Assembly: GCA_002104905.1 (NCBI GenBank)
Contig: MCFE01000199.1
Span: 1 to 64,000, forward strand
Direction of reading: 5' to 3'
Length of the DNA stretch: 64,000 bases
Source: Basidiobolus meristosporus CBS 931.73
Lineage: Eukaryota; Fungi; Basidiobolomycota
Of this stretch, positions 11,666 through 25,319 are shown in pieces (the stretch's first letter is position 1; every line of letters starts with the position of its first letter). The notes below the pieces were generated by a model. The model had not been told where the DNA came from, searched no databases, and saw only the letters and a program-made list of their open reading frames with translations. The position numbers and the translations under genes were made by a program.

Positions 11666-12014
11666 TGTTGTAAAAATTTGTATTTCCACCTAAATATTCA
11701 CCTAACTTAGTCACTTAGATCATCACCTTAAAATCCTAGAGAATACTGACCAAATTCCTTGTCGGGATTTACTTAGAATATTTTCACCAAAATACCAGGT
11801 ACCCAGAACATGAAAATTCTCAAAGTTGTCCAAACAGCCCCAAACTTTGCACACATGTTCTTGGGACCTTCCTTAACCTATTCTACGTGTTTGTAATGCC
11901 AAGACCATGTAAAAGTATAAATACTACTTTTACATTCAATAAATAATTAAGTGAAAACCACATAATCTACTTGTTCTCCAAATCACTTCCAATATCTCCA
12001 AGACTCTTACAACA
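11666..12014 (+). repeat. 3' LTR (349 bp), preceded by purine-rich tract GAGTGGG
   Basis: 3 substitutions versus the 5' LTR, all transitions. Confidence 0.97.
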
Positions 12015-13600
12015 CTTTGGACTCAGCTAGCTGTCTTACCTTTATTTTGTAAGCTCTGTTGCCTTTATACTAGTTGCACTGATCCAACAATAGGCATTTT
12101 AAGCTGATTGTGGGTAGATTTGATGGATATGTCATTAATGACTACTCTTTCTTATTCCCATTCTACAGCTGAAGCACGGTAGAGCTTCAAGGTGCTATGC
12201 TTACTTATCTCTTAGCACATGATAACCAATTATAATAACATATTGTGCTTCAATATCATAAGCCAACTTTGAAAAATCAATGATAGATTTTCCCCTTGCA
12301 CAAATTGAGCTTTTTACAGGCTCTGCAATCTTAGTACTTTGCAAGACAACAGTAATGTGGTGTATTTCTTGCACACACAATCCTGGCAGGTATACACAAT
12401 GAAATTTAGGTTGAATTTTGATCTTTAGTCAGGCTAGTGATTGCAATCTTGTAAGGAAGATCCTGGTAGGCTCTGTGCAGAGTATGAGTGCTTTGGACAT
12501 GCCAGGGGGTTCTCATAACTACCAGACCTCAACTAACTCCAAGATTGAAATGCTACTTTACATGCTAAGTCTTAGGTAAATAGTGCATGAACTGATAGTA
12601 AGAAGAGTAAAAAAAGTACCCTCTACTAAATTCCAGGCTATCAGTGTTACTTTAGCTCTTGAACATTGAAGAGCTAGCTGTTGGTCTTTAGCATTCAGTC
12701 ATACAGAGTAAAGATACTTTGATCCTTTTCTAGTATATCTGACACTCCACTAATACACTAAATGGAGCATGCTGATTTCCCTTGGCAATATCTCAGAGGC
12801 TTCTTTACTGAAACATCCATTTAATATTCAGCTTCTAGACTTGTAGATTGACTTGTCTAACATTGCAGGACAGGGAAAAGATTCAGTATTGGCAGTAATA
12901 GACACTTCTGAGAGTGACAGCTTAGAACTCACTTACAGTCTGAACAATGAATTCAGCACAGGTTAATAATCATTTCTTCTTTGCAATCTGCACTTCAACT
13001 CTGGACTGCTCTGCATTCTGAGAAGCTACAAAAGTAGCACTGGTTCCTATGTTTCACTTGTAATGAGCATTCACCTGTTGGCAACTGTTTCCTCCCCCCC
13101 CCTTTGAGTTTGAAAACCATTGCTTGGTATATAGGCTAACAAAAGTGCAAGTAGCAGTTAAACGGTCAAAGAATAGACAGAGATATCAGCTTATGAGTAA
13201 TTTGCCTCAGCTATACCATGTAGCCCATTACATCATACCAAAGCCCTTATAACCACAACTTAGATTTAAGTGGTATAGGCTCACAAAAACACCATTCCCC
13301 AAAGATGGCTCTGCATATCCATATATCCTGATGCGGCCCGCCCAATATGTGCAATATGTAACGCCCGTAGCACAGACCCGATGCCTGGCAGGTTTCCCGC
13401 ATAGAGCGTACAATACACCCAATGTGCTGACAATTGCGATTAACATGACTACATATAACAAATCAATAAACCAGAACTGCAAAATGAAAGTTAGGTTATC
13501 CTCACTCATTGGCTAGTTTACTCGAGATGATCAGAACAATAAATGAACATTCTCAGAAGCAAGTGGTAAGAATAGTGTAATAAAGCTACTCATTAGGCAT

Positions 13601-15484
13601 TTATTTGATCTCTTTACTACTATTTACATTGGACTTGCTTGAACTTTGCATCTTGACGTACTTGATTCCCAGAGTGAACACAAACGCTAATCCGGCCATG
13701 CCAACCGCAATAAAAAAGATGGTTCGCAAAACGTGAACATACACATCCATCACTACGAGTCGCTCCTGTGCCGGTAGGGTATTAATGAAAGTGGAGCTGT
13801 TGAGAGCCTCCTTGATAGGGATATCAAAGGTTAATTCTGACAATCCTGTGGTCAGCTTGTTGTTGTATATTGAGCCGAAAATGGCGATTCCCAATACTCC
13901 ACCGATTGAGCGGAAGAAGGTTGCTAGTGTGGTAACTATTCCCATATCTTTGTGAGTGACAGCTGCTTGTCCGGCAAAGATCAGTGTTTGAATGCAACAA
14001 CCAGCCCCAATACCCAAGATCAGTAAGAAGCCAATTTGCTCGCCATGCCCTGTGTTTGCATTCCAGACGGTCAATAACCCAACCCCCACTGTCATGATTG
14101 CTGAGCCGACCCAGCACCAGATAACGATCACCCCAGTCTTAGAGACGATCAATCCGGAGATTACACTGAATGCCGAAGTCGAGAGCATCATGGGTAGCAT
14201 TTCGAGACCTGAGCTAGTAGCGGAGTCCCCACGAACGACCTGGAAGTACATTGGAATGTAGTACACGAGTCCAAAGAAAGCCATGCCAAAGAAGAACATG
14301 GTGATGAAAGTGAATAGTGGGTTACGCATGGCAAACAGTCGACAAGGGACGATTGGCTCGGCCGCAAACCGATACTCCACGACGATGAACGCAATTAGTA
14401 GTACTGCGGAAACGCAATATAGAGCGATGACTCTGGGAGAACTCCAGGAGTATTCCCCTCCTCCCCACTGAGTTGGTAGCAACAGGGTGATAATAAATCC
14501 CAAAAGTAACACCGTCCCGAGGAAATCGATTCTCTTGATTTTTTCCTTGAGAGAGCCCGTTGGTGTGGGAAGACGAAGGAACAGAGAGACAATGACCACC
14601 GTGAGTAGGCCAAATGGCAAGTTGATGAAGAAAGACCACCTATCATGATTGACGTTGGTCAGCAGTCGTCGGAAGGCAAAATGACTGAACAAGACCTACC
14701 TCCACGTGCTATCATCAGTGAAGATTCCTCCCAACAACGGACCTAGGACAGAAGCGATGCTATACTGAAAGGACGACAAACGTTAGAACGATACGTAATT
14801 CCACTCCATTCTCCAAACGCAGTCAACTTACAGTGGCCCCGATGAACCCTTGGTACTTTCCACGCTCGCGGAGTGGGACAATCTCGGTGATGATGATGAA
14901 GACCATACCCTGGACTTGGGAAAGAGCATATTTAAAAAGTGTCCGAAGTTCCGTAGGGAAGAAATGCTTACTGCCACCACCGCCGATTCCAGCTATGGCT
15001 CTAGCCACGATCAGCATGGTCATGTTCTGTGAGGCGCCACATATTGCGCTGCCAACTTCGAAGATCACAATGGCGAAGAGAAACACCACTTTACGGCCAA
15101 AAATATCGGAAAACTAATTCACCCGGTCAGCCTTCTGTTATTCAATATACGTAATCTAAAACTCACTTTTCCGTAGAGAGGCTGGCAGGCTGTGGCAGTC
15201 AACATGTAGGCAGTAGCTACCCACGATATCTCGTTCATGGCTCCGAAATCCGAAGCGATCTTTGGTAGAGCGGTGGCCACGATTGTTTGATCGAGGCCGG
15301 CCAGAAGAATGGCCAATGCAAGGCCAAGGAATACCAGGATCATTTTCCCAAAGGGCAACAGCTCGGGGTCACCTTTTACATCCATTGCTGGCTTGAGAGA
15401 GCTCTTCTCCAAATCCTCCAGCTGCAAAGGATCGGAAGAGCCTGACTGCTTCTCAGCCAGTGTATTTGCCTGTTCTTGTCTCAT
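13601..15484 (-). CDS. MFS drug:H+ antiporter, DHA2 (14-TMS) type; 5 exons, 548 aa
   Basis: Exons 15484-15167, 15113-14972, 14914-14832, 14764-14700 and 14639-13601 join by GT-AG introns (53, 57, 67, 60 bp) into 549 codons. Motifs LDQTIVATALP, LYGKFSDIFGRK, RERGKYQG, WRWSFFINLP. An alternative in-frame ATG lies at 15496. Confidence 0.93.
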
Positions 15485-17569
15485 TGAATATAACATTTGT
15501 CGCTCCAGCTCACCTGCTTTTATAGGAACGGGCCTGAGTGAAAATCGCCAATATCAATCCAGTGGAAATCACCTCGGTGGGATCTCGGCACCGAGGTCCA
15601 ACTGCTCGGTTCAATACTGCTGCTGGTAACGGGGACCCACAATCGGGAATACCTTGACCTAGCGATTTCAACATTCATTCGAGAATCTGTTCTATCCACA
15701 TTAATCTTCTTGATTTGGCAATCCTTTCTGAAGGCTATCCGGGTTAAAACATGGTTCAGTCGCCGGTGGATCTACATCGATCATCGCCGCGAGGACACGT
15801 GACGTCCCGTTCAGGTCAGTTAACCATAGCATTCGAACCTTATCAAACGGGTAAACGGGGTATTGAACGGGATATTGATCATCAAAAACATACCTAAACT
15901 ACTGAACGGAAACGGCTGGTCTATATCTGTCGCTCTTACTCAGTTGCTTCGCATATGTGCGGAGTGAAGTAGCCTTTTGCTTGAAGAGAAAACGGATTCT
16001 GGGTGCCCAATCACGCCATGGTTTCGCAGGAGATTTGATCGTTCCTCACTTTTGATTTGGTCGTTCCTCACTTCCAACACTCCATAAGTTACGCAGGATA
16101 TTATGCTTCCAACTATGTTCCACGAAGTGGATATATGTGTGCACATATTAATCCGAGATAAATCATTGGTGGAACGTGATCGAGTCCAATTCCAACACTT
16201 CCGCTTACCATATACAGATGAGATTCAGATGGAGAATATTCATGGTCGATTTTGGCTAGAAAAGTACTGGCAAAGCCTTTCCTTCCCCATCACGATTGGC
16301 GGCTAAACGGGCTATTGTGCACGTGGGTAAGTGAAGTTGGTGGTAGCTATAGCTTAATATCTTCGGACTCGGGATATCAAGCTTACCGATGACACGCCAC
16401 CGTTGCCCGATATTGGGGTGAACTCTAGACCAAGAAATTGGCCCATTCGCCTCGGCATCCGATGCTGCTTACAATGGTGGAAGCGAAAGCCTCCGTAGAT
16501 TTCAGAGAATGATGGGATTAGATGGGGCATTGGAGTGTTGAACATCCATGTCACCAGATGATCTGCACCATATGTAAGCAAACGGCTGGGCCAATATAGA
16601 ACCAAAGTGTATGCAAGTAATTAAGATAGGTATTTATGATAGATTGTATATGGCTTTCGGGGCTTGAAAGTTGATGTTTAGGGAGTGGGAGTAGACATCC
16701 AATATTAAGATAAAGAGGCACCCCGATCCTTACAGCTGGCCTAAATCTACCATAATTAACAGGATCCTGATGAAAATCGGGTATATCAATGGACCGTGGC
16801 GACTCCAAGAATGAGTGACGGATCAAAGAAAAGCAAATTGACTTGAACTACGAGTTCTTGGCCAGCCGCTCGTAGTATACTCGCCGGAATGATACCGTTC
16901 TTACGTAGATCATGACTTCATATTCGTAGCCAGGAAACACCTTACACTCTATATATCGCCATCAATTTTTCCTCCCCGATGTTGTGAAAATTCTCTGCTT
17001 TGATAATATGGTGCACACTTCTGCCACCAAACTTACCCATTCTGACCGCCTGTTAGTTTAAATTTGGTGGCCAAGCAAAACGACTGATTTGCTTGGCTCC
17101 AGGGTTACCTGTTTGATGAAAAGTATCAATGCTTATATTGGCTTTTCCATCCAGATTCTAGCTTTTGAACTTTACTATACGCACCCAAACTCTGTGACAT
17201 GATTGCTGGAAATGTCTTCACTTCAGTGGCATGTACCTGAACCATCAATACATTTCAGGTTGCCCGAGAGTGCTAAGCTCTACGTGCGTGCTTTGGGGGC
17301 CTTTATTAGCATAATTTCATGCTTGTTTTGCCTAGCCCTTTAAATGTATCAGTGTCACTCTCATATCAAATACACAACAAAGTAACAATTGCTTACCACA
17401 TAGCCTACTCACTTGCTTGTGGTATCTCCATGGAACTTTTTGAACTCCTTGGTATTGTGGTAACAATAAAAATGCTGCAAAATATTCCTTATCATTAGCC
17501 CAAGATTATTGTCCCAGAAATATGATCATCTGAGCTCAATAAGCAAGTGAATATGATATGTCTATTCTA

Positions 17570-17912
17570 ATGTAAGCTTGGTAAATATGCCTAGCTATAC
17601 ACCTGACTTATTTGATTAAATCATGGCTTACAAGTCTTATGGAAGTCTACCCAAATTCCTTGTTGTCATTTGTCTTCATTACTTTTACCAATATATCAGG
17701 TGCCCAGAACTTGAAGAGGCTTGAAGCTGTCCAAACAACCCAAAACAATGCATGCAAGCCCTCAGGACTTACCAGGACATACTCTACACATTTGCTTTGC
17801 CTAAGCAATGTGAAAGTACAAACACACCTTTGCATTGAGTAAATCATAAAGTGATAACTTTGCAATTTGCTTGCTCTCCCAGCTGTCTCCAATATCATCC
17901 AGATTATTACAG
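17570..17912 (+). mobile_element. Old copia A-related LTR remnant
   Basis: ccaaattccttg, atcaggtgcccagaac, gctgtccaaac and tccaatatc are colinear with the family A LTR; ends approximate. Confidence 0.6.
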
Positions 17913-18486
17913 TATATCTTAGCACTTTAAAGCACTTCTTGGAAGGTTGATAATTGCAAACATATAACTCTTAAATCCCAGACAAGTGCACATAATCTGC
18001 CACTCCACTGATAATGAAGTGGGCAATGTAGTAAACTTCTTATTGACATTGTAAGCTATGCTCATGTATAGTTAACCAGGTGCCAATTTAGCACTTCAAG
18101 GTGCAATAGAGTATGTTTTAAAGGATGCTTAGGCACTCCTTAGTCTCATAATCAGGCAGTGGGATGAAAGAGGCTCACTGCTACAGCCTGAGCTGCTTTT
18201 AGCTTTGTATGAGGCAGGCAGAGAGTGCTAGTTGCAATGTATTGCACTAACAATAATAATAGCCCTTTGTAGTCAAATTAGCAAGCTTTGGCTTACTCTG
18301 CTGTCAGTTAGATTCTCACCTGTACAGCTTTTCAACAGCTTTTGAGATATTTAAAGTCATTGGGATAACATGCAGATTATGTGGCTATCATTTTATGATA
18401 AATTCCTTCTAAAAGTAATATTCATCCCTATACATTGTTATGTCAGAATACACACATAAAATATCCCAAGGAAATCCAAAAAAACT

Positions 18487-18670
18487 GTGTGCAAGTTTTG
18501 ATGCTGTTTGATATCTTTGAGACTTCTCATTTTGTGGGTGTCTGATGTTCTGGTGTAAACATTCCCAGAAAATCCTGGCAAGGAATTTGGTTGCATTTAT
18601 CTGAGCCTTGTAAGCTATGACCCAAGTGACTAATTCTGGGGAATATTCAATTTAATTACAAAGCTTATGA
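18487..18670 (-). mobile_element. Old copia A-related LTR fragment
   Basis: gtgtgcaagtttt, aaggaatttgg and caagtgactaa match the reverse complement of the LTR. Confidence 0.55.
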
Positions 18671-18888
18671 TGTTTGCATTCAGGCAAACACTTTTATTAA
18701 CTGGTCCCAGTTGTGGTCCAAAATATTCAAATTTGTCTCTGCCTAATAGTGATTTGAATATATATACATACTAAGTGACATAACCTATTCTTGATGCCTC
18801 CCTGTATGGAGTGATCTCCAATATCTACATGCTTAGCACAAGAATGAAATGATGACCTTCAGCTTGTTAGTTTACATCTCAGATTTTA

Positions 18889-20880
18889 CTAATAAATAGT
18901 GATAGAATTTTCTGACACAAACCTTGGACCTTTGAAGTGCAATCTGGCCCTCATTGCTTTGCCTGTGAACTCACAGACTGCCATATACATTATTTCTGTA
19001 GTGGAAAGTGATAGAGTTGATTCCTCTCTGAAATTCAAACTGATTGCTCCATTAAACCTTATGAAAAAATTCAGCAAAATATCATCATATTTGCTGAGTC
19101 CCAAGTTTCACTAAACCCAGAGTCTCAATATTTTAAGTGCAAGGTATAGTGCCAACAAGTAGACATACTTTTTTGATGGTGGCTAGTCTAACTAGCACTT
19201 GCACCAAGTTTGGAACTCAGCTACTTAATGCCTCCACCAAAAATACAACCAAGAGTATAAAGGAAGGACACCAGCTGAATGCTAGCAAAATACCATTAGA
19301 ACACCTGCTAAAGACCTGCAGGTTATTAGATGAGCTCTAAATTTCAGACTTTTCATAGTCATGGTAAAGACAGGGACATTCTCTGTGTCATGATAACATG
19401 ACAACCATGAACACCCATGCCAAGTTTCAGCTTCCTAGCTCAATTTCTAAGAGATTCCTTCTGGAACCTTCTACCACCTTCCAGAAAGTTCCTGACCATT
19501 CCAAACCATTGTTACACAATGGAACATTCCATGGAAGCTTCCCATTGTACTTTTCATAGTCCAGTGCCATATATGGAAATACCAAGTCATATGACTTAGT
19601 CACATGATCAGGAGACCTAATCCATTTCCCCATCCTGTCTCAGTGCCTTGCCTTCTATATTATTATCCCTAGCACTGCTGCTGTGCCTTGCCCTACAATC
19701 CCATTAGTATTAGCTAATATCTCTTGGCATCAGTATTGCCAAAAGGTATATATAGTCCTATCCCCCCTTAAGTATTCCTCAGTCTGATAAATACAGGTCT
19801 TGAATAAACAGCCTTGCCTTGGAAACACATCTTGCCTTGCTGATCCACACCTAAGTCCTTTCCTGTCCTGCCTTGCCTAGCCCTACTCTCCTGCCTTGTG
19901 TCTATTCATAACACTCTGATGGGTTGTCAGTCCTCTGAATCTGGTGCACAATCTGCATCAGAGTATCCTAAAAGCTCCTGCTTGAAGTCCTTGTAAGTGC
20001 CTTAAGCAGCTATTTGCCTTTCCTTGTAAGTATCTAAAAATCTGCTTAGCTGCAGTTATTCAATCAAACCCAGAGCTCTCAACATGCCTGCTAGCAGCTC
20101 CTGCCAACTCCTGGCAGATATGAGACATCTGGACATGTTCCTAGAGTTATATACATCAAATTGCCAACCATAAATAGTATACAATCTCTGGGCTCTCAGA
20201 AGGTACTATGGCCACTTAGTTAGGTGAAGATTTGACTAAGCAAAGGATTTTCTCCACTAAAGTAACTGCCAATATACAGTGTTCTGCATTGTACTTCTTA
20301 AGTTTATTTTGAATATATCAGGACCATCATAAGGTGATGCACTGGGTGCTTCTTTTTATGGAGAACTATATCCTAATGTATTAGCTGAGCTCTCCTAGAT
20401 GGGGCATTTTGAGCCCCTTAAATAGGCAGGATATGAAACTTATTCTATTGGAGTATACCTGGGCATGTGGCATATTCTGCAATCATCAAGAGCAATTAGG
20501 CAAAATATGGTAGCTACCAGTGGACAAGATTGTTTTTCAATAATCTTGCACTCTGTGCTAGTATTTGACACAATGAGGTTGGCACAGATGATTGCACCAA
20601 CTCATAATATTTGTCTCACATGCTTAGTTTGATGCTGCACTATGGTAGGTATACTGTGGTTTTTGGATCTGTTTCTATGATGTCAAAGGAAAAATGTGTA
20701 TCTTGCGATAAGCTATGCCTAATCAAAAATCTTGAACTTAGAATTCACCAGATTTCAGCTGATATTCTGATGATTTTTGCTTATATTCAGCTGGTGTGTC
20801 TGCTTTGATTTTCACAGTTGCAATTTTGGTGGAAGTAATGCACAGCTGATCACCAAATGTGGTATAAATGCTAATCAGTC
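18889..20880 (-). pseudogene. Fragmented copia RT/RNase H remnant
   Basis: Minus-strand translations KMPHLGELS*YIRI*FSIKRSTQCITL (RT), LLGYSDAD (RNase H start) and GAISLNFREESTLSLSTTEIMYMAVCE (RNase H); interrupted by the solo LTR at 19386. Confidence 0.7.
19386..19913 (+). mobile_element. Solo LTR of a further family (528 bp)
   Basis: TGTCATGA...TCATAACA termini; TSD CTCTG at 19381-19385 and 19914-19918; TATATATA at 19747 and AATAAA at 19803. Confidence 0.85.
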
Positions 20881-20895
20881 TAGTATCCTCATTGA

Positions 20896-21243
20896 TGTTG
20901 TAAGAGTCTTGGAGATTTTGAAAGTGACTTGGCAGGACAAGTAGATTAAGTGGTTTTCACTTAATGATTTATTGAATGTAAAAGTAGTATTTACACTTTT
21001 ACATGGTCTTGGTGTAACAAGCATGTAAGATAGGTTAGGGAAGGTCCAAGAACATGTGTGCAAAGTTTGAGGCTGTTTGGGCAATTTTGAGAAATTCATG
21101 TTCTGGGTACCTGGTATTTTGGTGAAAATATTCCAAGTAAATCCCAACAAGGAATTTGGTCAGTATTCTCTAGGATTTGAAGGTGATGATCTAAGTGACT
21201 AAGTTAGGGGAATATTTAGGTGGAATTACAAGTTTTTACAGCA
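20896..21243 (-). mobile_element. Copia family A solo LTR (348 bp)
   Basis: Full-length reverse-complement match to the family A LTR; TSD ATTGA at 20891-20895 and 21244-21248. Confidence 0.95.
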
Positions 21244-24200
21244 ATTGAAAGGATTTCTGCTTGTCTGCTGTGGAGCTAGTACCTAGCATATTGAGAGTTG
21301 TTACTTTTGGGAAATTGGAATTCAGTAGGTAATATGATGAGATTCTGCAGGCCATTTCTTGACTTTTTTTTTCTTAGAATATATGGATCCAAACTACTAT
21401 AGTTACCATCCTTGTGATTCAATAGAACATTCCTGGTTTATTAGCTCAGAAGTGTCCTGATACTCTTAGCCCCTAATTGGTCTGGTAGCCAATCAATAAG
21501 CTTCCTGATATGCTAATAAGTATATATTATGCCCTACATGCATATAAATCTTGGTTTTTAAAGCTTGGACAATATCTCATAACTAGCATGTAGGCTATTG
21601 GTCAAGTGTTAAGAGAGTAATTAACTGCAATGCTGCTACAGAGAATGTGCACATATGCAGAGTGTTTATTGATAAGGGTTTTTTATCAAGTCTGAGACTA
21701 CCTGATTATTATTTGTATCAGGAATTTAGTGCTTATAGGCTTGCAATCATACAAATTGAAGCACTGAGTTGATTTTGCATTGTTTGGATCAAGACAGATC
21801 AGAGCAATTCAATGCCATTGTATTATCATTTCCTGACTATCTTATGCATGAATCATTGCTGAAGAGTTTGGTAGCAACTTACTTTGCACACCTAAGCTAT
21901 CACCTTGCCAACAATCAATCTGGCTACTCTTGTACTTCTAGTCATATTTTGCATCCTAGTTGCTGAGTACAATATACTAGCTTGGTTGTGCTGAGCTGCA
22001 CCAGATGAGACTGTGTACCTTACTTGATATGCACATGCCAATGCATTCTTTTACCTGCCAAAGGCTACAGCTGAGCTACTGCCAAAGTGTTTTTATCAAT
22101 ACCAGAGGTAACTTGCATGTCAACAGCTATTGTGGCACATATTGGTGCAACCTGAGGAATAGACATAGCCCTCTGCTTAGAAAAATGTAATATTGCATAT
22201 GGTGACAAGTTGGCTGGCTCTCACCAACTTGTCTACTTAAGCAGTTTGGCAAGTTCTGATAATATTGCTCTGTACTACAATGATATTGTACAAGTCCAAG
22301 GGAGAGATATGTCCAGCACTTCTCAAGTGTATTGTGTGTGGGGTGTTAACTGAGTGCAATAGCCACTGGCAAAAGCTTGCCAGAAATACCTGAGTTGTGC
22401 CATTGTTACAGTGTGAAGGGGAATAAAGCCTCAAGCTTGTCAAGGCAAAACTGTTGAGTCACCATCCCTAGCTAGTAAGCATACTCAAAAAGGTGCTGGG
22501 TTCAGCATCCTTTGAGATTACAATGTGCTAAAGCTTCCAAAGTCCAAACAACTGTACACTCCATCAGCAGGGACTTTACATGAATACTGCTTTCTTCAAC
22601 AGCTGCAATAACAGAGAAGTATCTTTACCTGCACAACACAAACTTGGGAAAGCATCAAATATAATAAAAGATGCCTACTCTGTGCTTTCCTTACAAGTAG
22701 TGCTTCTAAGGCCAGATGGCTGTTAGCAGTGTTTCCTGGGTGTGTCCTGTTCTCTGGGACTAGAAGCTCAGGTAGAAGCAGGTAGCAGTGATCATACTAA
22801 CTAACAGCTTGGAATACTGAAAAGAGGGATGATAATGCATTACTGTGGGAGCTTCTCCCTTATATACTTCACCTGCTGACTAAGAAATTAATAATCCTTG
22901 TGCTCCAGAGGGTTCCAAATATCAATAAAAATATCAATGACCTCCTAATGAACTATGGGGAGCTTACATAGTAGCTGGAAAGTTCTAAAAGGCACAGCAC
23001 CAACTACCAATCAGGGATCAGTATTCAAGAACCTGTAAAACATAGATATATCACATATAGGAATGGAAATGGTAGGGATTGCATCATGATGTATGGCATG
23101 TGTCACAGGTACTGGTGTGGGTACTTGGTTAATATGAGAGGCTCCACATCTTGTAATCACTCATACAGTGAGGGACCACTTAAGCAATAGAACAAGCAGG
23201 TGCATTAGCTAGTCAGCTTATGGGATAATGCTGAAACAAGGGTGGAAGTAGAGAAGTGGAAGATATGGAAGTAAGTACAACTGTCCTGGGTGACACTAGG
23301 ACCCACTATACCATGCATGCCAGCTTGTGCTGCAGTGTTCTTGTAAAGGTGGTTGGTGTGGACTATGTAGACATGTTCCATCACACAATACAAGGTTGCA
23401 AGGGTACATGGGTGTTTGCAAGCTGCACAAAAGCCCTTGCAGTTGACATACATGATACACAATTCTTAGACCACATTAAATATTTTTGGAGTGGCAAGCA
23501 ACTTACAAGTGAGACCATCATATTTACTTCTATAAGGTCATTAGAATGACCTTGCTGTTCTTCCCTCTATTTCAGTGATCATTAAGTTGCTAAACTAGAA
23601 AGTACTTGGCCAGCTTGATCTTGGGAGCCTCAGAGCTAATGACAGTGACTGAGAGAGCAGTATATTATAATGAATAAGCTTGGTGGCTCAATAAGTGTGA
23701 AGTGCTCATCTTACTTTGATATATTCCTGCAAAAGAGGCCTCAAAAAATATACTAAAAGAGGCTCTAAAAGCTTGAGGGACTTTGGACAATATATGCTTA
23801 CTCTTATGCTCTGGGTATATGATAAACTGATAATACATTATGAGATAATTCCATTGAATATTTTGAGCAAGGTACTCAAAGACTCATCAGCTATGATATG
23901 AGTGACTAAGCTAATGGATTATTTAGGTCTGCTTATACAGCATATCTCATAGCTGTCACTGAGTTGATAAGTTACTATTTGACCTCTTTACACTTTTGCC
24001 TGCAGGGACAAGAGCAAGATATTCTAGATGTTACTGGACATTGCAATTAGAAGCCACTACCAAGACACACTCAGTCCCATTGATGCTAGAATGTGTGCAA
24101 TTACACCTTATCATTTGATTTCTTTGGTGACTAGGATTATTGTCTTCAAATCATTAAAAGCATGCTCAAACTCCTTCTTGAGATATATTTTGAGCACTTA

Positions 24201-25319
24201 ACAAGTAGCTTAGGCACTGAAGACATGAAACAACAATCAGCTGTCCTAAGCCCTCCAAACTCTATACACATGTACCTTTGCCCTCTTTATATATTTATAT
24301 ATGCTTGTTTGTCAAAATCATGTAACATCATAAATATCACTTTTACATTCACTGTACATCATCAAGTAAGAACTCTCTTGACTACTTGCTCTTGCAAGCA
24401 CTCACAGTATCTCCAAAACCTCATCCAACACTTGGAAGCCAAGTTTTGTCTGAAAAAGCCATTATACATCCACCTATCCATAATCATTGGCTTTTACACT
24501 GACTTGGTTATTCTAGAGAGTGCTTGAAGTGATTGTATTAGGTGAATGAGTCACATGAGCTTAGAGATCCTGATAGCTCCTAGAACTTGGCTAGCTCTCA
24601 TCAGCAACAAATTGCTTACAGACTTAATCCTGCGTAATTGGTTCATCAACAGCTGTATACTAGATAGTGTCTTCAAAGATATGATTAATTTAAGCGTAAA
24701 CTGTATGCAACACCAATTGCATTAATGAATGCTTCACCGGGCTCTTTGGGATTATGCTAAAAACAGATGTTCAAGGTGCAATTGGTAAATGGAATCAAGT
24801 ACCTAGATACTGGCAATGGGCTGGAGGCAGCAGTGGAAAGATATTTGCATGTTAAGCTGAGGGTTTGGTCATGAATGGTGCAAGAAGAATTTATTCCTTG
24901 TTTATACAAAATACATCAATTCTTGGACTCAACAGAAATCAGATTGTGATATGCTGTGGAAGCTGACAACCAGATCGGGTCAGAGTTCGGTGTCATTAGT
25001 ATCACTTCAATGTTGACCAAATATGATGTCACACTGCCGGAAATCGAACCCACCCCTGCCAATGCTCAGCCAAAAAGCTTCTACGAGACATGTATAAGCT
25101 TATACTGGTATGATGTAACACGAGGTATGTTCAGCCAAATGGTGTACAACGCAGCTTCACCCTACTGCAAGCATCTTTATCCTCTGATAGCAGCTACGGA
25201 GGCAAACGATGTCAGTGTATTGTAGATAGTAGACGTCTAGAGTTTATTATATAAAGCATAGAATAATGTGGAATAATAATATAGGAGCCAGTAAACCCGA
25301 ATTAAATAACAATAATGGC

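Larger units (their letters stand above)
7330..12014 (+). mobile_element. Intact Ty1/copia LTR retrotransposon (family A)
   Basis: TG...CA LTRs at 7330-7678 and 11666-12014; TSD CTTTG at 7325-7329 and 12015-12019; PBS, PPT and one uninterrupted gag-pol ORF in PR-IN-RT-RH order. Confidence 0.98.

Noticed and set aside
13131-17300. MFS transporter as a marker of a secondary-metabolite cluster
   Set aside because: No NRPS, PKS, terpene synthase or tailoring gene nearby in the window.
25030-25062. GGTTCGATTTCC on the minus strand, resembling a tRNA T-loop
   Set aside because: The T-stem does not pair and no acceptor, D or anticodon arms can be built.
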